Positions 11,301-26,300 of a stretch of DNA of 64,000 bases are shown here, piece by piece. Below the pieces are notes generated by a model that was not told the DNA's origin, searched no databases, and saw only the letters and a list, made by a program, of their open reading frames with translations. Each line of letters starts with the position of its first letter. Within the stretch, counting starts at the first letter, position 1. The position numbers and the translations under genes are program-made. The stretch is from Lingula anatina. Its lineage: Eukaryota > Animalia > Brachiopoda. The stretch is from contig CM120647.1 in assembly GCA_051362555.1 (NCBI GenBank), positions 13,182,651 to 13,246,650 on the forward strand, given 5' to 3'.

Positions 11301-14300
11301 AATCGCCGTTTTCTCGCTCATATATATTTCTATCGCCTTCAAAAATGGTGGCAATGAGAGACAAGAAACGAACCCGGATGTTAAACTATATATCATTTTA
11401 CGACTCACGATACAAAAGAGTACAGAAGACGATCTTTCCAAGATACGCACATATGCGGTTCTGGGCGTTTGGGGTAAGCGATAATTGAACCGCACATATG
11501 CGGTGACGGGCTCTATGGGGTTAAGCTTCAAAATCTTCTAGTTGTCAGTTTGTAATTGGATATAACCCAGATAAGAATTCTTCAATTTATTTGGCTTTAA
11601 CAAAAGTTCTCTCCAAGTACATCATTGGAATAATTGATAAGAACACGTGGCCTTATTGCGTTATAATAGGCTCAGTTGTACCTAAATGCATCTCAAGCAA
11701 CCTTGTCAATCTATTTTCAGTCCAGTTCATGGGTGTACATTAACAGTGTGCATGAAATTAGCTACTTATCACAGAAACCTGACCTTAAATCTCTATATTA
11801 TAAGATTAATGGGGTGTTTTTATCTGAAAAGTAATCTCAATACTTTTGAAGGAAAAAAGGAGATTAAATGAATCTAAAAAATGAACTGACATCATTGAAG
11901 GGGACACTGGTGATTATAATAGCAATAATAATGATAATAGGTTGAAAAAAAGTAAATGAAATGGGAGATTGTCCGTTAGTTGAAAAAGGAGATATTCTGC
12001 CCCATATGTAATTCCACTTTTTCTGAGCATGTCATAACAGAACTCTCAAGCTGCTAAGGATGATAAAAACCTTTCTTAGTGTAATTGGTGTTTATATATC
12101 TTAAAGGTGTGTTGAAATTAGTACCTGTTAATAAATATTAATTTTTACAAATCAAAAGATATAAAAACAGACGTTGCAGTTGGTTCATCGAAGGAGATGC
12201 CACTTTTATGTGACCTCGAACTGATAATTAGCAGAACATTACAAAGCTAGCAGCTGGCATATTAAAAATTGTTTTTCTCACTCTTTGCCCTTTGCGTGAA
12301 TGAGGTCACACTGATGACACAGATTTTTTTTCCACTGGCAGTCTGTTTGTTTATCACCGGGTTGAGGCATTTATTGGCATTTAAGCCTATTTTGTTTTAT
12401 AAAGTAATACGATTTTCCCAACAGTAGGGGTTTTCTGACTTTTTTGTTTCTGACAATTTTGAGATTGATGCAGAGGGTCCCCTGGACCCCACACCCCATG
12501 CCATAATTTCAGACTTTTTCCACTTAATGGCAGTCTCACCCCTGCATTTAGGCATGTTTTGTGTAATATAGGACAGACACCCTTTGTTTGCATGTGTTAT
12601 TCTAAATTTCTCAGAGGTTAGACAGTAGAACTACAGATTTTCGGTTCATTCATGATAATCATGCTGTAATATGACAAGAGTTTATGCTAATGAAAGAAAA
12701 AAGCCTTCCATATTTTCACTAGTGCTGTGAAAGATTAAAGTCTGATGAGATAATATAAACTACGTCATGTGTGTTGAGGTTCTGGCGTCAAATATTTATT
12801 ATGTTAACATACTGCAATATTTACATGATAAGATATGGCCTCACAGTTAACTCAGGCTGTGAAATCTTTGGTCCTCACAATGGCTAACATCTTTAACTAT
12901 ATTCTGTCATAATAAAAACGAGGAAACCTGTTGACAACCAGCTGAATTAAATTTTTTATTTGTAAATATAGATAACAACCAACACCAAAGAGCTCATTGT
13001 GCATTACACTCAGGAAATTCAAGAACAAAAGTGTTGTTGCTATGCAGACCCATTGTGATATTGGTACATTGAATTTTAAACCTACCACTCAAATCAGGAC
13101 ATCTTGAATAACATTGAGAAAAGCATGAGCTTCAACACATGATAACCATCATGTTTAATATACATATACTGGTGTTGATTACCTGCATACATATGTGTGA
13201 TGAATCTGAGGGATTATTGCCATTTGCTTATTACCAGCACAGAATTATTTTTCACTGAACACGGATAAGATTTTTTCGACTATTGGCAGATTTCTTTATT
13301 TTTGGGAGTCAAAGATCATATATTTGAGATCCTTGTAGATCTGTAGGAATGGGAGGGGGGAAGGGGGGTCGGACCTAAAGACACGTTTTCAGACTTTTTC
13401 ACTTAATGACAGTGTTATCCCAGACTGGGAGACTAGATGACGTAAGGCAAATATGGCAGTTGGTCTGTAAATAGAAAATAATTCTGTTTTACCAACCTGT
13501 TTACGAACCACAAATACCTAATTCATGGCAGTGAAAGTGTGTACTAGTACACAGTATATTGGCTCTGAATGAAAATGGGGAGTGATGATCTCACAATGTG
13601 TATCAGTGTTTCCCCTGCACTTAAATGAGCGAGGCGTCCGCCTCGCTGAAATTTGTCAAAAGCACCGCCTCGCTGGACTATATGGAACAACAAAGTACAT
13701 TTTCACTCACGCTAACTGAAAATTATATTTATTTCTATGCAAATATGGCATTTTCTGTTTACATACGTAATCCCATGCTTCTGAGCACTTGATTTAGTAG
13801 TAACGGAAAGACGCATGCGCGTATGCCTAAAAATAACCAGCAGTTACTATCTCCCTGTGAGTGCCTCGTTTTCGCAGTTCTGTGCCTTATTTGAAGTATA
13901 AGAAACAGAGCGAAACGAGGCAACTGTTCTTGACACCATTTAATCACATGTCAAGAATACACTTTTTCTATCACTTCATGTTCCGAAATTCAGACCGCCT
14001 GTTGTTTGTTTTTATAGTTTACGAATATTCACTGATAAAAAGGAGCAAATAAAGTGGACTTCGTTGATTTTATAAACTTGGAGAAGATTTTCTATTGATT
14101 TACGGGTGAGTTTTGTGAAAGCAGTAGCGTTGTAAAACTGGGTCACGTCAGTATTTCGCGTGGAAACCTATGCATTGAATATGAATTTCCATGACTGAAT
14201 AGAACCATATAAATGAATAAACGAAGAACTAAAATTGATGATAAGTGTGATTTTCATCTCTTTAATTCCGAAGAATTCATTTAACGGTGTTTGAAGTTGT

Positions 14301-17300
14301 TGATTATAAATTACATCTCAAACTACGTATAACTAGTAGCGGGAGTCGCTTTGCGCTGAACGACAGGAGAGAACTTTTGCGGCAGTTTTATATTAGGATG
14401 AAGCGCTCCCACACGCAAAGTCAATTGACTAGTTACTTTCACAAGAATGTGAAAACGGTAAAAACAACATATTTTATCAACTTTTTGGTCAATTTAAAAA
14501 ATAATTCAATGTAGTAAGCCCTTTTTCTCGTTTCTTGTAAGTATTAAAGTAGTTAACTTTTTTTTTTTTTTTGAAAGTATTAACTTTTTTTTTTTTTTGA
14601 AAGAGAATGTTCTATAAACTGAAAAGGACTAAACTGAGTGAATGCACAGACTGGAAAATAAATTTAGTCCAAACCTTTGTTATGTCATTACTGAATTTAC
14701 TCCTCAAAACATCTAAAACAAGACAATTCAGTGCCACATAAAATGTAAAAAAAATCAGTTCTAAATACCCTAAAATGCACCAAATTGCACCTCCATTTAA
14801 AAAATTTTTCGGGGGGGGCATGCCCTGGACCCCCCTGGTATTGCTGGGAAATTCGGACTGCCTACCACCTCGCAGAGCTTGAAAGCCAGGGGAAACACTG
14901 TGTATACTGTCCAGTCTTTTACATTCCTTTCTGCCTGTCTGGCCATGCTGAACCTTGTTAAAGAGACTAACAATTTTATACCTGCCCCCCCTGACAGGTG
15001 TTGAGTACAGATATATATATCTTGCTCAAATTATACTTGGTACTTCTTTATCCATGTGGGGGAGAGAACACATTCTATAGACAGGTGTGTTGGTGCAGTG
15101 TTGCATTAAAAAATAGACTGCCATTGAGGCATAGCCTTTCGACGTTGGTGTAACCATAAACTTCAACTTGGGTTCGACTTTAGACCAATTTGTTTTAGCT
15201 GAATTGCTAGCAAATTTAGAGGCTTAACTGAGACTGCTGAGTGCCTAAATGTGTTCTTATTTTTTAATTATCATATGTCACCCTTTATAAACACCATTTT
15301 TGATAGTGTAAAAATGAGTCAAAATAATCCAATTCTGCAGGTGTAATATTAAGACCCCCACCCCACCCCTTTGAGGTTAGCAGTCATAGGCAGTCAACCT
15401 GAATATAATACAGTAGAATGAGATTCACAGAAAGTAATTTTTGAATTAGATTGTTTTGATAAACAAGCCTTTTGAATAAATTAGGAGATAACTCAACCAG
15501 CTGTTGATTGAAATCTGTCCTCATTTTCAATCCATATTGAATTCTGTCTTCTTTTTCAATATTAATTACATGCTGTCTTGGTTTTCTATCCAAATTGTAA
15601 TCCATCCTCATTTTCTATCCAAAATGTAATATGTTTCCATTTTAGATCCAGATTGTAATCTGGTCCTGGTTTTCTATCCAAATTGTAATTTGTTCCCATT
15701 TTCTATCCAAATTGTAGTCTGTTCACATTTTCTATCCAGATTGTAATCTTCCCATTTTCTATCCAAGTTGTAATCTTCCCATTTTCTATCCAAGTTGTCA
15801 TCTGTCCTCATTTTCAATCCAGATCATAATCTGTTCTGTGTTTTTAATCCAGATCAACACTAACGCCAAGAAGCTATGGGAGCTGGACCATGATGACGGA
15901 AAGGGGCAGCAGAAGCTGTACAGTCCCTGGGCCTCCAGAGATGACACCTGGGGGGCACCCTCCGCAGGTACTGAGAGAGAGAGAGTTGTTGGATGCGTGT
16001 GTGTGTGTGAGAGAGAGAGAGAGAATTGTTGGGTGTGAGAGAGAGAGAGAGAAAAATGGGTGCGCGCGCGCGTGTGTGTGAGAGAATTGTTGGGTGAGAG
16101 AGAGAGAGAGAGAGAGTGTGTGTGTGAGAGAGAGAGAATTGTTGGGGGCCTGTGAAGATGAGAGAGAGAGAATGGGTAGGTGCATGCGAGAGAAAAAAAT
16201 GTGCTGTTAATGACAGGTAATAGCTTCCAACAGGTGAATTCTAGACCTAAAGAAAATATTAACCATGTTGAGCAGGAAGTACTACTGGAGTACAGTGAGA
16301 ACCAAAGCTTCTATGATTATATCTGAAAAGCCAGAGGGTTCTGATGATGGCTTTTAGGAAGAGTATGAGAAGTTTTGATATCTTTGTAGCTAAATAAATT
16401 TCATCTTTAGGTAATTAATGTATGTTAGAATGTGGCAAAAGTTGATTTGATGTTTACTACTTGCTGAAACATGGAACTAAACAATATCCAGAGTTCTGTC
16501 TGGAGAATTCGATTAATCTGGTTATCAAGCCTTTGTATTTTGTTGTTTCATCAAATCGCATACGGTTACTTCAGTTTTCTTTCTCAAATTTTCAACCAAC
16601 TTTGCCAGTCTTCAAGACATCTACTGATCAAAAAAAAAAAAAAAGGTAACTGTCTCTGATATGATGTAATCAGAGAAACTCTTGTCCTGTATTTCAGAAG
16701 CCAATGCCCTGGGTGTGAACATGGTGGAATATGTCTTGGGCGGATCCCCCACTGGGAAGGACATGGACTCCAGGCTGAGGCATCTCAAGGGATATGTATG
16801 TATACAGAGCACAGACCAGATTGTGTGTTTATTTTATGTTACACTGTGTCATATTGATGTGAATTCATGTGTTGAAATAAGCATTAGATAAAAAAATGGT
16901 AAAGAAATGAATAAGTTTAAGTTATGATCATTCCCCCCCCCCCCCCGATAAATAAATCGATTAAGAATAATAATGTAATAAAAAGAAAAAAAACATCAGA
17001 TGAATTGGTTCAGTTGCATAAATAATAAATGTTGAGACCTCTCAAAGAGCAATGGTATAGACTCTATTGACTGTATTGATCTTCCAGCCCCCGCACCAGC
17101 AGGACGTCCCCTCCCAGGTGAAGGAGAAGAAGAGTAAGACACCGTCCCCCTTTGAGGGCGAAAAACCCAACGAACTGAACTCCCAGGATGTCCAGGCTAA
17201 CGGCATTCTGCAGAATGGGTTGGAAGACAGGTAAGTACATAAAGTCTACAGGGCACCGCTCACCAAATTGGGGCCTTAGTAAACTGGGCAAATTTAAACC

Positions 17301-20300
17301 ATTTGGAGGAAAAAATGATGAAAAGCACCGATTTAGCTAAGCAAAAAATATTGGTGAGGCTACCACCTTAAATATTTAAAGAACTCAACACTTTGAGACA
17401 AAGAAAGTCGAGCCAAGTTTCAATGTACTTCTCCATTAAGTCTATTCTATGTAAAAGAGATTATATGCCAGAATTATCTGTCCACTCTACGTTAATATGG
17501 CTTGAGAATTCAACCCCCTTGGTGAAGTGATAAACCAACCCAACACTTGGTCATCCAGGTGAGCTGGACTTGTTCTGGCTTTACTTGGCTCTGTCTGTGT
17601 GGTGTATGGGAGCTGAATACCCCCACAAGGGGTTTGAGGCATATTCCCTTTCCACAGTGTTGGAGATCAACCAAGTCCCCGGTCCTCTGTGACTGGTGTG
17701 GACTGAACCTTGCATATTCCATCAACTTTCTGTAGTCACTAGTTGACCTTGACAGTGGAGAAAGACCATGCAAGGTACATTTCTTGAATAAATGATAAAA
17801 AAATATTGATAAGAAATTCTTTTGGGTTCAAGCATATTGTGCTGTTGAGGTGGACTGCAACCCGTGAATATTTACTGAATATCTGACAGGTCTGAATGCA
17901 TCAATAACATATTACTGTTTGACAGGTCACTAGGAATCTGTTAACTATGACTGAATATATGACAGGTCCCCAGGAAATGAATAGCTTACCAGATATATTT
18001 GACAGGACTTAATGCATCAATAATCAATTACTGTATACATAACAGGTCCCCAGGCAGCCGTCAAACGTCTCCCACAGAAGAAGCGGTCAAACAGAACCTC
18101 CAGCAGCAGCAGCAACAGATGCATCAGTTACAGCCAGTGGCACCAGGTGGTGCTGGGGACTTCATCCACCAGCCTGTCTTGGCCCAGAACTCCATGCTGC
18201 AGCTGGATGCGCCCCCTTTTGAGCCTGGCGGGATTGAGCCGCTGCAGTTTGACTACTCCAACCAACTTCTTCCCTCCATGGATAGCCCCAACTTTAACAT
18301 GGAGTATAATCAGCAGGTGGGTTGTTGAAAGATCAGTCAGTTTAAAGTTTACTTAACAGAAATAGAAAGATGGATGAACGAATGAACAAATAAATAATGA
18401 ATTCATAATATCAAAAGTTGTGGCATGCTTTTCAGAAGTTTCTGCTCCTTTTGATTAAAACTATAAATAATCAACTAATATATTAACAATAAACATATTT
18501 GAGGGCAATGATTTTTGCAGAAAAGATTCCATAAACATTAATAATTTCATTTTGTCTTTCACAAGTTTTTTTGTAAGCAGGGTGAAACAGTTCTTTATTA
18601 CCAGTCTGCAGAGAATGTGAAAAAAAGACTTGAAATTTTACCTGTTTAAAAAAAAAAAGTTTCACGTTTTCTTCCAACAGCAAATGATGCGAGAGCAACA
18701 GCAGCAACAACAACAGCAGCAGCAGCAGCCGATCCTGCTGGCTGGTGGACAGCAATACGCTCTGGTAGGCACGCAGCAGCAGTTAGGTAAGACTTTCATA
18801 CTCCTACAGACTCAATGACGTAACATGACTGCTACTGATTAATATACTTCTGATTACCCAAGTGGTTCTTGTTTTATGGCACAGAACCTTGCAGTCACCC
18901 CCATCCCAATCTGCTCAGTGCTTGACTTAAACACTGGGTTTAAGTCAAATAACGGTTAAGTTTTAAGAATCAGTTCTTTTATACACAGGAACTCAAAGTG
19001 CCATTATGATAAACTTTTGTCAAAGACTCCTTGGGAATTTTTGCAGAATGGAAATGATGAAAATAAGTCTTGAAAACGGTCCACACATTTCAGTTGGGGT
19101 CCCCTTCATGTAGTATCAATTGTCCCTGTTCTAAAGGACAAACTCGTTTCAACCAAGTACCTAACTCCTTGTGGGCTGTGATATTTGTTGATGCTGATGG
19201 GTTCTCAGTCCAAGGATGGAGAGAAGAAGAGAGCAGTGTGGGGTGTAGAATTCGTGCTTGACTCTGTACTGTTAAATGATCATATTGAAGACCTGTTTAA
19301 AAACACAGAGATGTCCCTTTAGTTTTGTGCTGTGTTGTAACATCTCAACCACCAGTGAGGGCACCAAATAAAATGGGGAAATGAGAGAAGAGCGACCCCC
19401 ACAGAGATATGAGGGAGGAGGGGGTTAGGATATGGTCATTTTTCTATACTTGCCCTGTATTGCATGAACTGATCAATATATATTAGTTTTATATTGCATG
19501 ATTTTTACTTTTTAGTGTATTGGAGTGGGAAATAAAAACAGATCTGTGAAGATTTGTGCTCAGTATTTATGATTCAGTGGATTTGGATTTTCAAAAGTGA
19601 AAAAAGGTTTACCTTTGGAAACTCAAATCACTTGAAAAGATGCATGGTAATTTTTGCAAAGATATTTTTACAATTTTTGGAACAATTTGTTGGAAGCTGC
19701 TGCGCATTTTGGGTCTTTGAATTGGTTGAATGTATCGTAATCGGAAATGGTTTTGGCTCGATCTGAGTGGGGGCGCGGGAAGGGGGAAGCTGCATTCACA
19801 CCAGAAGTAACTTAGACCAATTCAGCTAACATAAGTTCAACCATAGGACATTGGACGCCGATCACATGGCATCACTTGGCCACCATTTGATATCACCAAG
19901 CAACCATTTGACATCACTAGGCAACCATTTATCACCTGGCAACCACATGACATTATTACCTTGTAGACACCACCTGGAGACTTCAAAATAATACCAGTGT
20001 CATATGAATCAACCTTTTGATCTTGCAGTGTCATACATCCCGTGTCTTTAGTAAAAGGTCACATTCATAACCAAAGTTGATATGTGGACTAACAACTTTC
20101 AAATGGACCGGCCATAGTTGATTTGCAGATCTATTGGTGGATGTCAGGTGAAATTGTTGTGAATGTCCCAAAGTTGTGATGTCATACAGCCCATATCATG
20201 ATGTCTAAGTTAGTTCTGGTGTGACTGCAGCCTATCTAGGCCTGCATGGCTTTCTGTGGGCTGAGACTGGACTTGTGCATGCCTACCTGGGGGCCTCACC

Positions 20301-23300
20301 AGGCTGACAAGGATAACATGCAAACAGATCAGAACCCATATGATTTAAAGTATCTCAGGTGTCATAACCGGATAAGAGGATTTCATCACTTTTTTTTTTA
20401 CACCTTGAAACTTTTCAATACCAACACTGACTTGAGCTATACCTAAACAGGACTTTCGATCACTACTGTGACCATCCTCAGTCTGTGTTAGTTACTCTGA
20501 GACTGAGCAGTACTCACTATTTGTTAGGGTAAAGCTCAAGTAAGTGCAGCAGATATTGAAAAGTTTAAACATGTAAAATAATCAGAAGACTACACAGGTG
20601 AATTTCCTCAAAAGAATTTCATCCCATGTTCCTTGCCCAGAGTTTGCAGTGTCCTTGTTGGCCTGTTGTGTGGCCAGTGTGCAGTCGGCCAGAAGGCTCA
20701 CTCAGTGTTGTAAACCCACTATGACCACAGTCACAACAGCAGACTAACTAGTCCACGAATCAAATATGGCTACCCGCTTAAAATTTTGATGTCTAATCCC
20801 TTAATAGATACTGAATAGATTCCCTGCAGGGATTACGCAATAAGAATTCAAGTGGGTCGGCCATATTTGATCTGTGGACCAGTTAGTCTGGTGTGGTGAA
20901 TGCGGCCTGTCAGTGTTGCGTAAATGCAAATTGACCAAGCATCAACAGAAAAAGACTTGAAAATATGTGAAAAGGATCTCAGTAGCCTGAGTGTGTGATT
21001 TATACACGTGCAACAAGAAAATCAACCAGAATTCGTGACTTTAGATGAGCTTTTCATATTGGGAAAGACTTCTTAATACACTCAGTGAGCCTTCCAACAA
21101 AAAAAAAAAAATTGAAAAAAAAAAAAAAAGAAATACATGCCGTGCTGCAGCTTTCTCCGGGCTGTTGTTGTATGTTGTTATGTTGTCATTGTTACTGCTG
21201 CTACTGCTACTGTTGTTGATTTCTTCATCTTCAGGCTTACCCACTGCAGGCACTTTCACACCGACCCCCTATGTACTCAACGCCCAAGACCCCTACGCAG
21301 TTGGAATTCCCATTGCAACCGCAGGTCAGCAAAAAAATAAAAAAAATGAAAAAAAAAAACGTAGAGTAGTTTGGGACTCTGTAGTTTAGATATCTGTGGT
21401 TTGGGGGCTTTTCCAAAGGGGCACACCCAAATGCAAAATGTCTTAAGTTTTTGGTTTTGGTAACAGTGTGGTTTGTGTAGGTTATGAGGTGGGGTGCATC
21501 AAGATACTAAAAAAAGTTTGGGTTCTTATTTGGTTCTTGGGGGTGGGGTGGGAGGGGGGTTGTCACCCATAAGCAAAATTTAGGTGGAAGATTTAGGGCT
21601 TTTTTGGGGCAGGGGGGGGGGGGTGGAAGCACACCAATGTGAATCTTTTTTTTTTTTAAATATTCTCTTAAGTGTTGTCCCATGGACTTTTTGGAAGTGG
21701 GGGACAGGTACATGAACATCTGTAGGACTTTCGTGGGGCAGGGGTAGACACCAATGTGTAAAAAGTAGTGAAATTTAAGGCTTTTTTACTTTGGGGGTGG
21801 GGGGGGGGGGGGGGAGGCAGCTTGTCAAATGAAGGGTGTAGATATGGGGGTTCTTTAAAAGGGATCTTTCACTGAGGCAGTTTGATGAACTGGAAACGCG
21901 TGTATGTTTATTTGCAAGTAAACCAGGAAATGGAGGGACATTCATTCTTTTCCATGTAGTCCCCACAGACAAATTGGTGAAACCGAAAAAAAATTATTTA
22001 AAAAGATGGGCAACTATTATGCATGTCAATGTTGTCCTGAGCAACACATTCTTTGTGGTATGTGGGGCAACCTGTATGTTTCAGAGCAACTTTCTTTGCA
22101 CTTGATGGTTACGGGGTTGTGAAGCAATTACTATGAAGATACATACACGTGAAAGTTGTGAATATATTCCTTGAAGCTGAACAGCTGAAACTTGCATTTG
22201 GTGTGTTCCAGCAGTGGGTTCGAAACTTGATTTTAAAGTATTTTTTGGTCTAGATGTGAGCAGTGACATTTTTGTCTGATATTTAAAAATGCATGATGCT
22301 TTTTGGACTGTGTCGCTTTGGGAGGGTTTTCTTAAACTACTGCTTTGATTTGAGCTTAACATAGTTAAGGATTTGTCCTGAATTGGGAGAGAGAGAGCGT
22401 ATGAAAAATATTAATCAGTTTTAAAGGGTTTGGATATTTTTCAAAAAAGAAAAAAGGAAAAAAAAATTTTTTTTTTTTCAAATTTATTTTTGTCTTTGTT
22501 GTAGCCCTTTACAGATGTAAGATGCTCCATGAAACAGACTCAGGTCATAGCTAACATACATTTAACCCTTCATTCCAGTTGCCAGCTTCCGTTCTTTTCA
22601 TACAACATACTGAAATCTGTGTTCGAGATCCCTTTCTTCCTTAAAGTTTCTTTCTCCCTCTCACTATCTAAATTTCCCAGTTTTAATGGCAATTCTAATC
22701 ATGCATTTGAAAAAGGTGAATGCCCAATTTATGCTTGGGGTAAAGGTCTTCATAGCAAGCACTAAACACCAAGCTCCACAATTCGATAAAAATCTGTATT
22801 TCATGTGCTGGCTTTAACGCATATGCAGACATTTGCATACACACACCTAATAGAAAAAGATACATACATATATATGTGTATATATATATATATAAACAAA
22901 TACACACAATGAAATCAATGTCACCATGTGTTCTCTCTCATACCTATCAAAATTACCTTCCAGGTGGACCAACGGTGATCCCCCAGTATTACGGTGTCCA
23001 GACCCCCTGGGGGGTGTATCCTGCCAGTGTCATCCAGCAGGGACAGCAGCAGCAGCAACAGCCAGGAGTGCCCCCACAGCAACAGCAACAACAGCAGCTA
23101 CTGCAGGGTCAGGGTGACCGCCCAATGACCCCCCAACAGCAGCAGGCCCAGCAGGGGAGAGGGGAGGCCTTGGGGTCCCAGAACCCCACGGTGATACAGC
23201 CCCAGATTATACAGGCCCCAGGTAGGGAGATGGGTGTAATGGTCATATTGATAGTAATTGCAATGAAGGTAAAAGGTGATAATGATTATGATAATCTGCT

Positions 23301-26300
23301 TGCAGCTATGGGGTTTGATATAACAATTAAGATGATTGCATAAACAAGAATATTGGATATTTCAAATTTTATCATTAGAAAAATTAATATTTTTGCTTCA
23401 CATACTGCCAGAGTAATCATTCACTCTTCATGGCAACAAACATGACCCTCTAATCTCAGACCTTGTTGCAGGTGGTTACCAAATCCTGACTCCAGCCTAC
23501 TATGACCAGAATGGGCAGCTGGTGATGGGGAACCCACCCCGGGGTATGCCTGGTACCCCTGTGAGACTGATCTCCCCAGCTCCAGTAATACTGAACTCTG
23601 GACAGCAGCAGGGTGAGACAGAGAGAGAGAGAGAGAGAGGGGGGGGGGGGGAAGAGAAGGGTGGGGAGTGGGAGAAAGAGAGTTTTAACCTATGCTTGTG
23701 CTGATTGGGGGAGGGGAGAGGGGCACTCATAATTTAAATTTGAAAAAACACATTTTTCAAATTGGGTAAGTTTTAGAGATAGTCCATGGTATACCTTAAA
23801 TAGCCCAATATCTGAGAGAGAAAGAGAGAGAGATTTCTTAGTGTTGAAGATAAGGGTTGTAATTAATTTTGAATCCAAAAAAAAAAAGATTTTAATTTGA
23901 TAAGCTTTAGAGATAGAGCATGGCATAGCAGTGATACAGAAACTTCATGTGAAAAGAGAGACATGTGTCTCCCATTTCATAAAAATATGAGACACCAGGT
24001 TCAAAACAAGGGACACATCGTAAACACCATTTTTTATTTCCATAAAACAAGTTTTATTCTTAAAAAAAAAAAAAAAACATTTGCTCCTTGAAACACTCTT
24101 AGGCATGATTACCAGAAGTGCCATTATTCATGTCATGTCAATGTAGTAATGTCAGTAAAGTAATGTAAAATCATTACACCACAAATGACAAGTATGTTGA
24201 TGGCAATGTGGTCAAACAGGAATGCGTAATACTGAAGGAATTGGTCCTGGCAAACACTTACAGTTATGACAGTATGAAAGAACTCTGGGCAATTATCAAC
24301 ATATTTCATAAGAACAATTTCCCGAACTTGTGCAAATTGGCTGGCATAGCACTTGCCCTCCCAGTGCATACTGCAGACGTAGAACGTGGCTTTAGTGCTC
24401 AAAATATAATCAAATCTAGCCTTAGAAATAGACTGATCAGTGAAAATTTACAAATGTTGATCGCCATAAAACTAAATGGCCCCCTTTCTCAGGATTTTGA
24501 CTTTGGAAGTGCTCTTGGTGTGTTTAAAGCAAAACGACAAAGGCATTTCTCATGAACATTGCTAAAACAACATTGCCAAAGATTGCCAAGAGCAATACAA
24601 TGCATCTAGACTGTTAAAAAGCTAAATCAACGAACAGAATGTACTTTCTTTATCCTGATCTTGGGAGCATCTAATACATGATACATGAACTCCTGGTAGG
24701 TCTTCAAATATGGCACTCCACTGGCTGCTTGGCTAGACACCAGTGCAAGTTGGTGAGCAATGCAGTGCAGTTGAATGAGCTGTGGATTTATCTCTCTTTT
24801 TAGTGTTGTACCGACTCCATTGTGTTTTCCGGTTATAACCTGATGAGATAAAGATTGAAATTAATTTTTCCACATCAACATCTGATGAACTAACCAATAT
24901 TTAAAAAAATTTAAACTTTTAATTTATTTCATTATTAAAAAGTTTCCAAACTATTTTATATTTTGGAATTTTTCATATATATAACAGACTGACAGTAATA
25001 ATTATAATCATGACTAAATAAAATTCATGAATGAAATTTTAAATATTTATTCTATTTATTGTTTCCTTGTAATATATTACATATCCAGTACATTATTTAA
25101 TTTATTCTATTTATCAACTTCACACCAGTTGTTTTATATTTATTTTTTCTTGATAATATTATGCAATACTGACCGATGCACCGTCACTTCCTAGTCCTAC
25201 TACCTTATCAGGCGGCACTTCAAACTTTGTCAAGAGATTTTTGACAGATGTTGCAATGGTGTCTGCTTTCCCATCCAGTATTTCACAATTCTCTAAGAAA
25301 ATGGTCTCTGGTTTACAGCCTGATGATATCCTCGCACACACACTTAGTTTTTTTGTACTAGTAATGTCACATGATTCATCACAAAGCACAGAGATATAGT
25401 CGACATCTGTCAGCTTTTCTCTCATATCTCGTAGGATCACTTCGTATATACTCTCTTGAAAGTATTTGGCAATACTATAGGATTGGTAGCTTTTTGCAAT
25501 TGGCACAAGAGCACTGCAGCCTTGCTGTATCAAAAAATCAACAAAATCTGGGTACTTGGATGTTGCTATGTCCTGCTTTGCCAAGAAATATATTGTTCGT
25601 ATAGCATGGATTATGGCACTGTCGTTCTCACTAAACTGATTTTTTACCATTCTCGATAGAGTTGACCTTGAGATTTCATCTTGTACCGACTGGCGATGGT
25701 CAGCTGCTGAAGCATGCCGCTCCAAAGTCGTGGTTCTGAAGTTGCTACAGCCTTCGGTAAAAACGTTCTTTTTTGGCTTTTTACACATAGTGTGCAAAAC
25801 ATATGGTTGTCTTTGTGTTCTAGCCATGCCCATTTTGATTTCCAAGCTTCATTGAACACTCGTTTGACACGTTTCCGAGGCAAACAAGCAGCCGACTGGT
25901 CACGAGGTTCAGTTTCACTGTCACTTTGCTCCGCCATGTGCGAGGAGGAAAATTACGGTGAATGCAAGAAGAAGCATGATTCGCTGAATTCGCAAGCGTT
26001 GCTAAGCGCTATAACTGAAAGGTGCGATGTGATTGGCTGTTGAGCCCCACTCAGTTTCAGGTGATATTGCGCACTCACTGAACGATTTTTACTTTGTTAA
26101 ACTGTTTGGATCATTCCTGATTTTTATTTTTCTGATTTCCTGGTCGCAAAGGTGATGCTATTTTTGCGACAATGGCCGCATGTTTGGTCGCATTACGATC
26201 GTTTTTTATGAGACAATAATGAAATTTATGGGTCAAATGTCGCAAAGTCGCGCCGTTTCTGTATCGCTGGCATAGTATGAACAACTCGATATCATGCGGA

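Noticed and set aside
13195-13262. GTGATGA...CTGA with short terminal stem in pumilio intron 2
   Set aside because: AT-rich guide without recognisable target; overlaps a degraded repeat
4530-24365. SNORD85/103-like guide ACTTGCCCT(C) at ~4538, ~19448 and ~24351
   Set aside because: No adjacent C/D boxes; one match lies inside the hAT coding region
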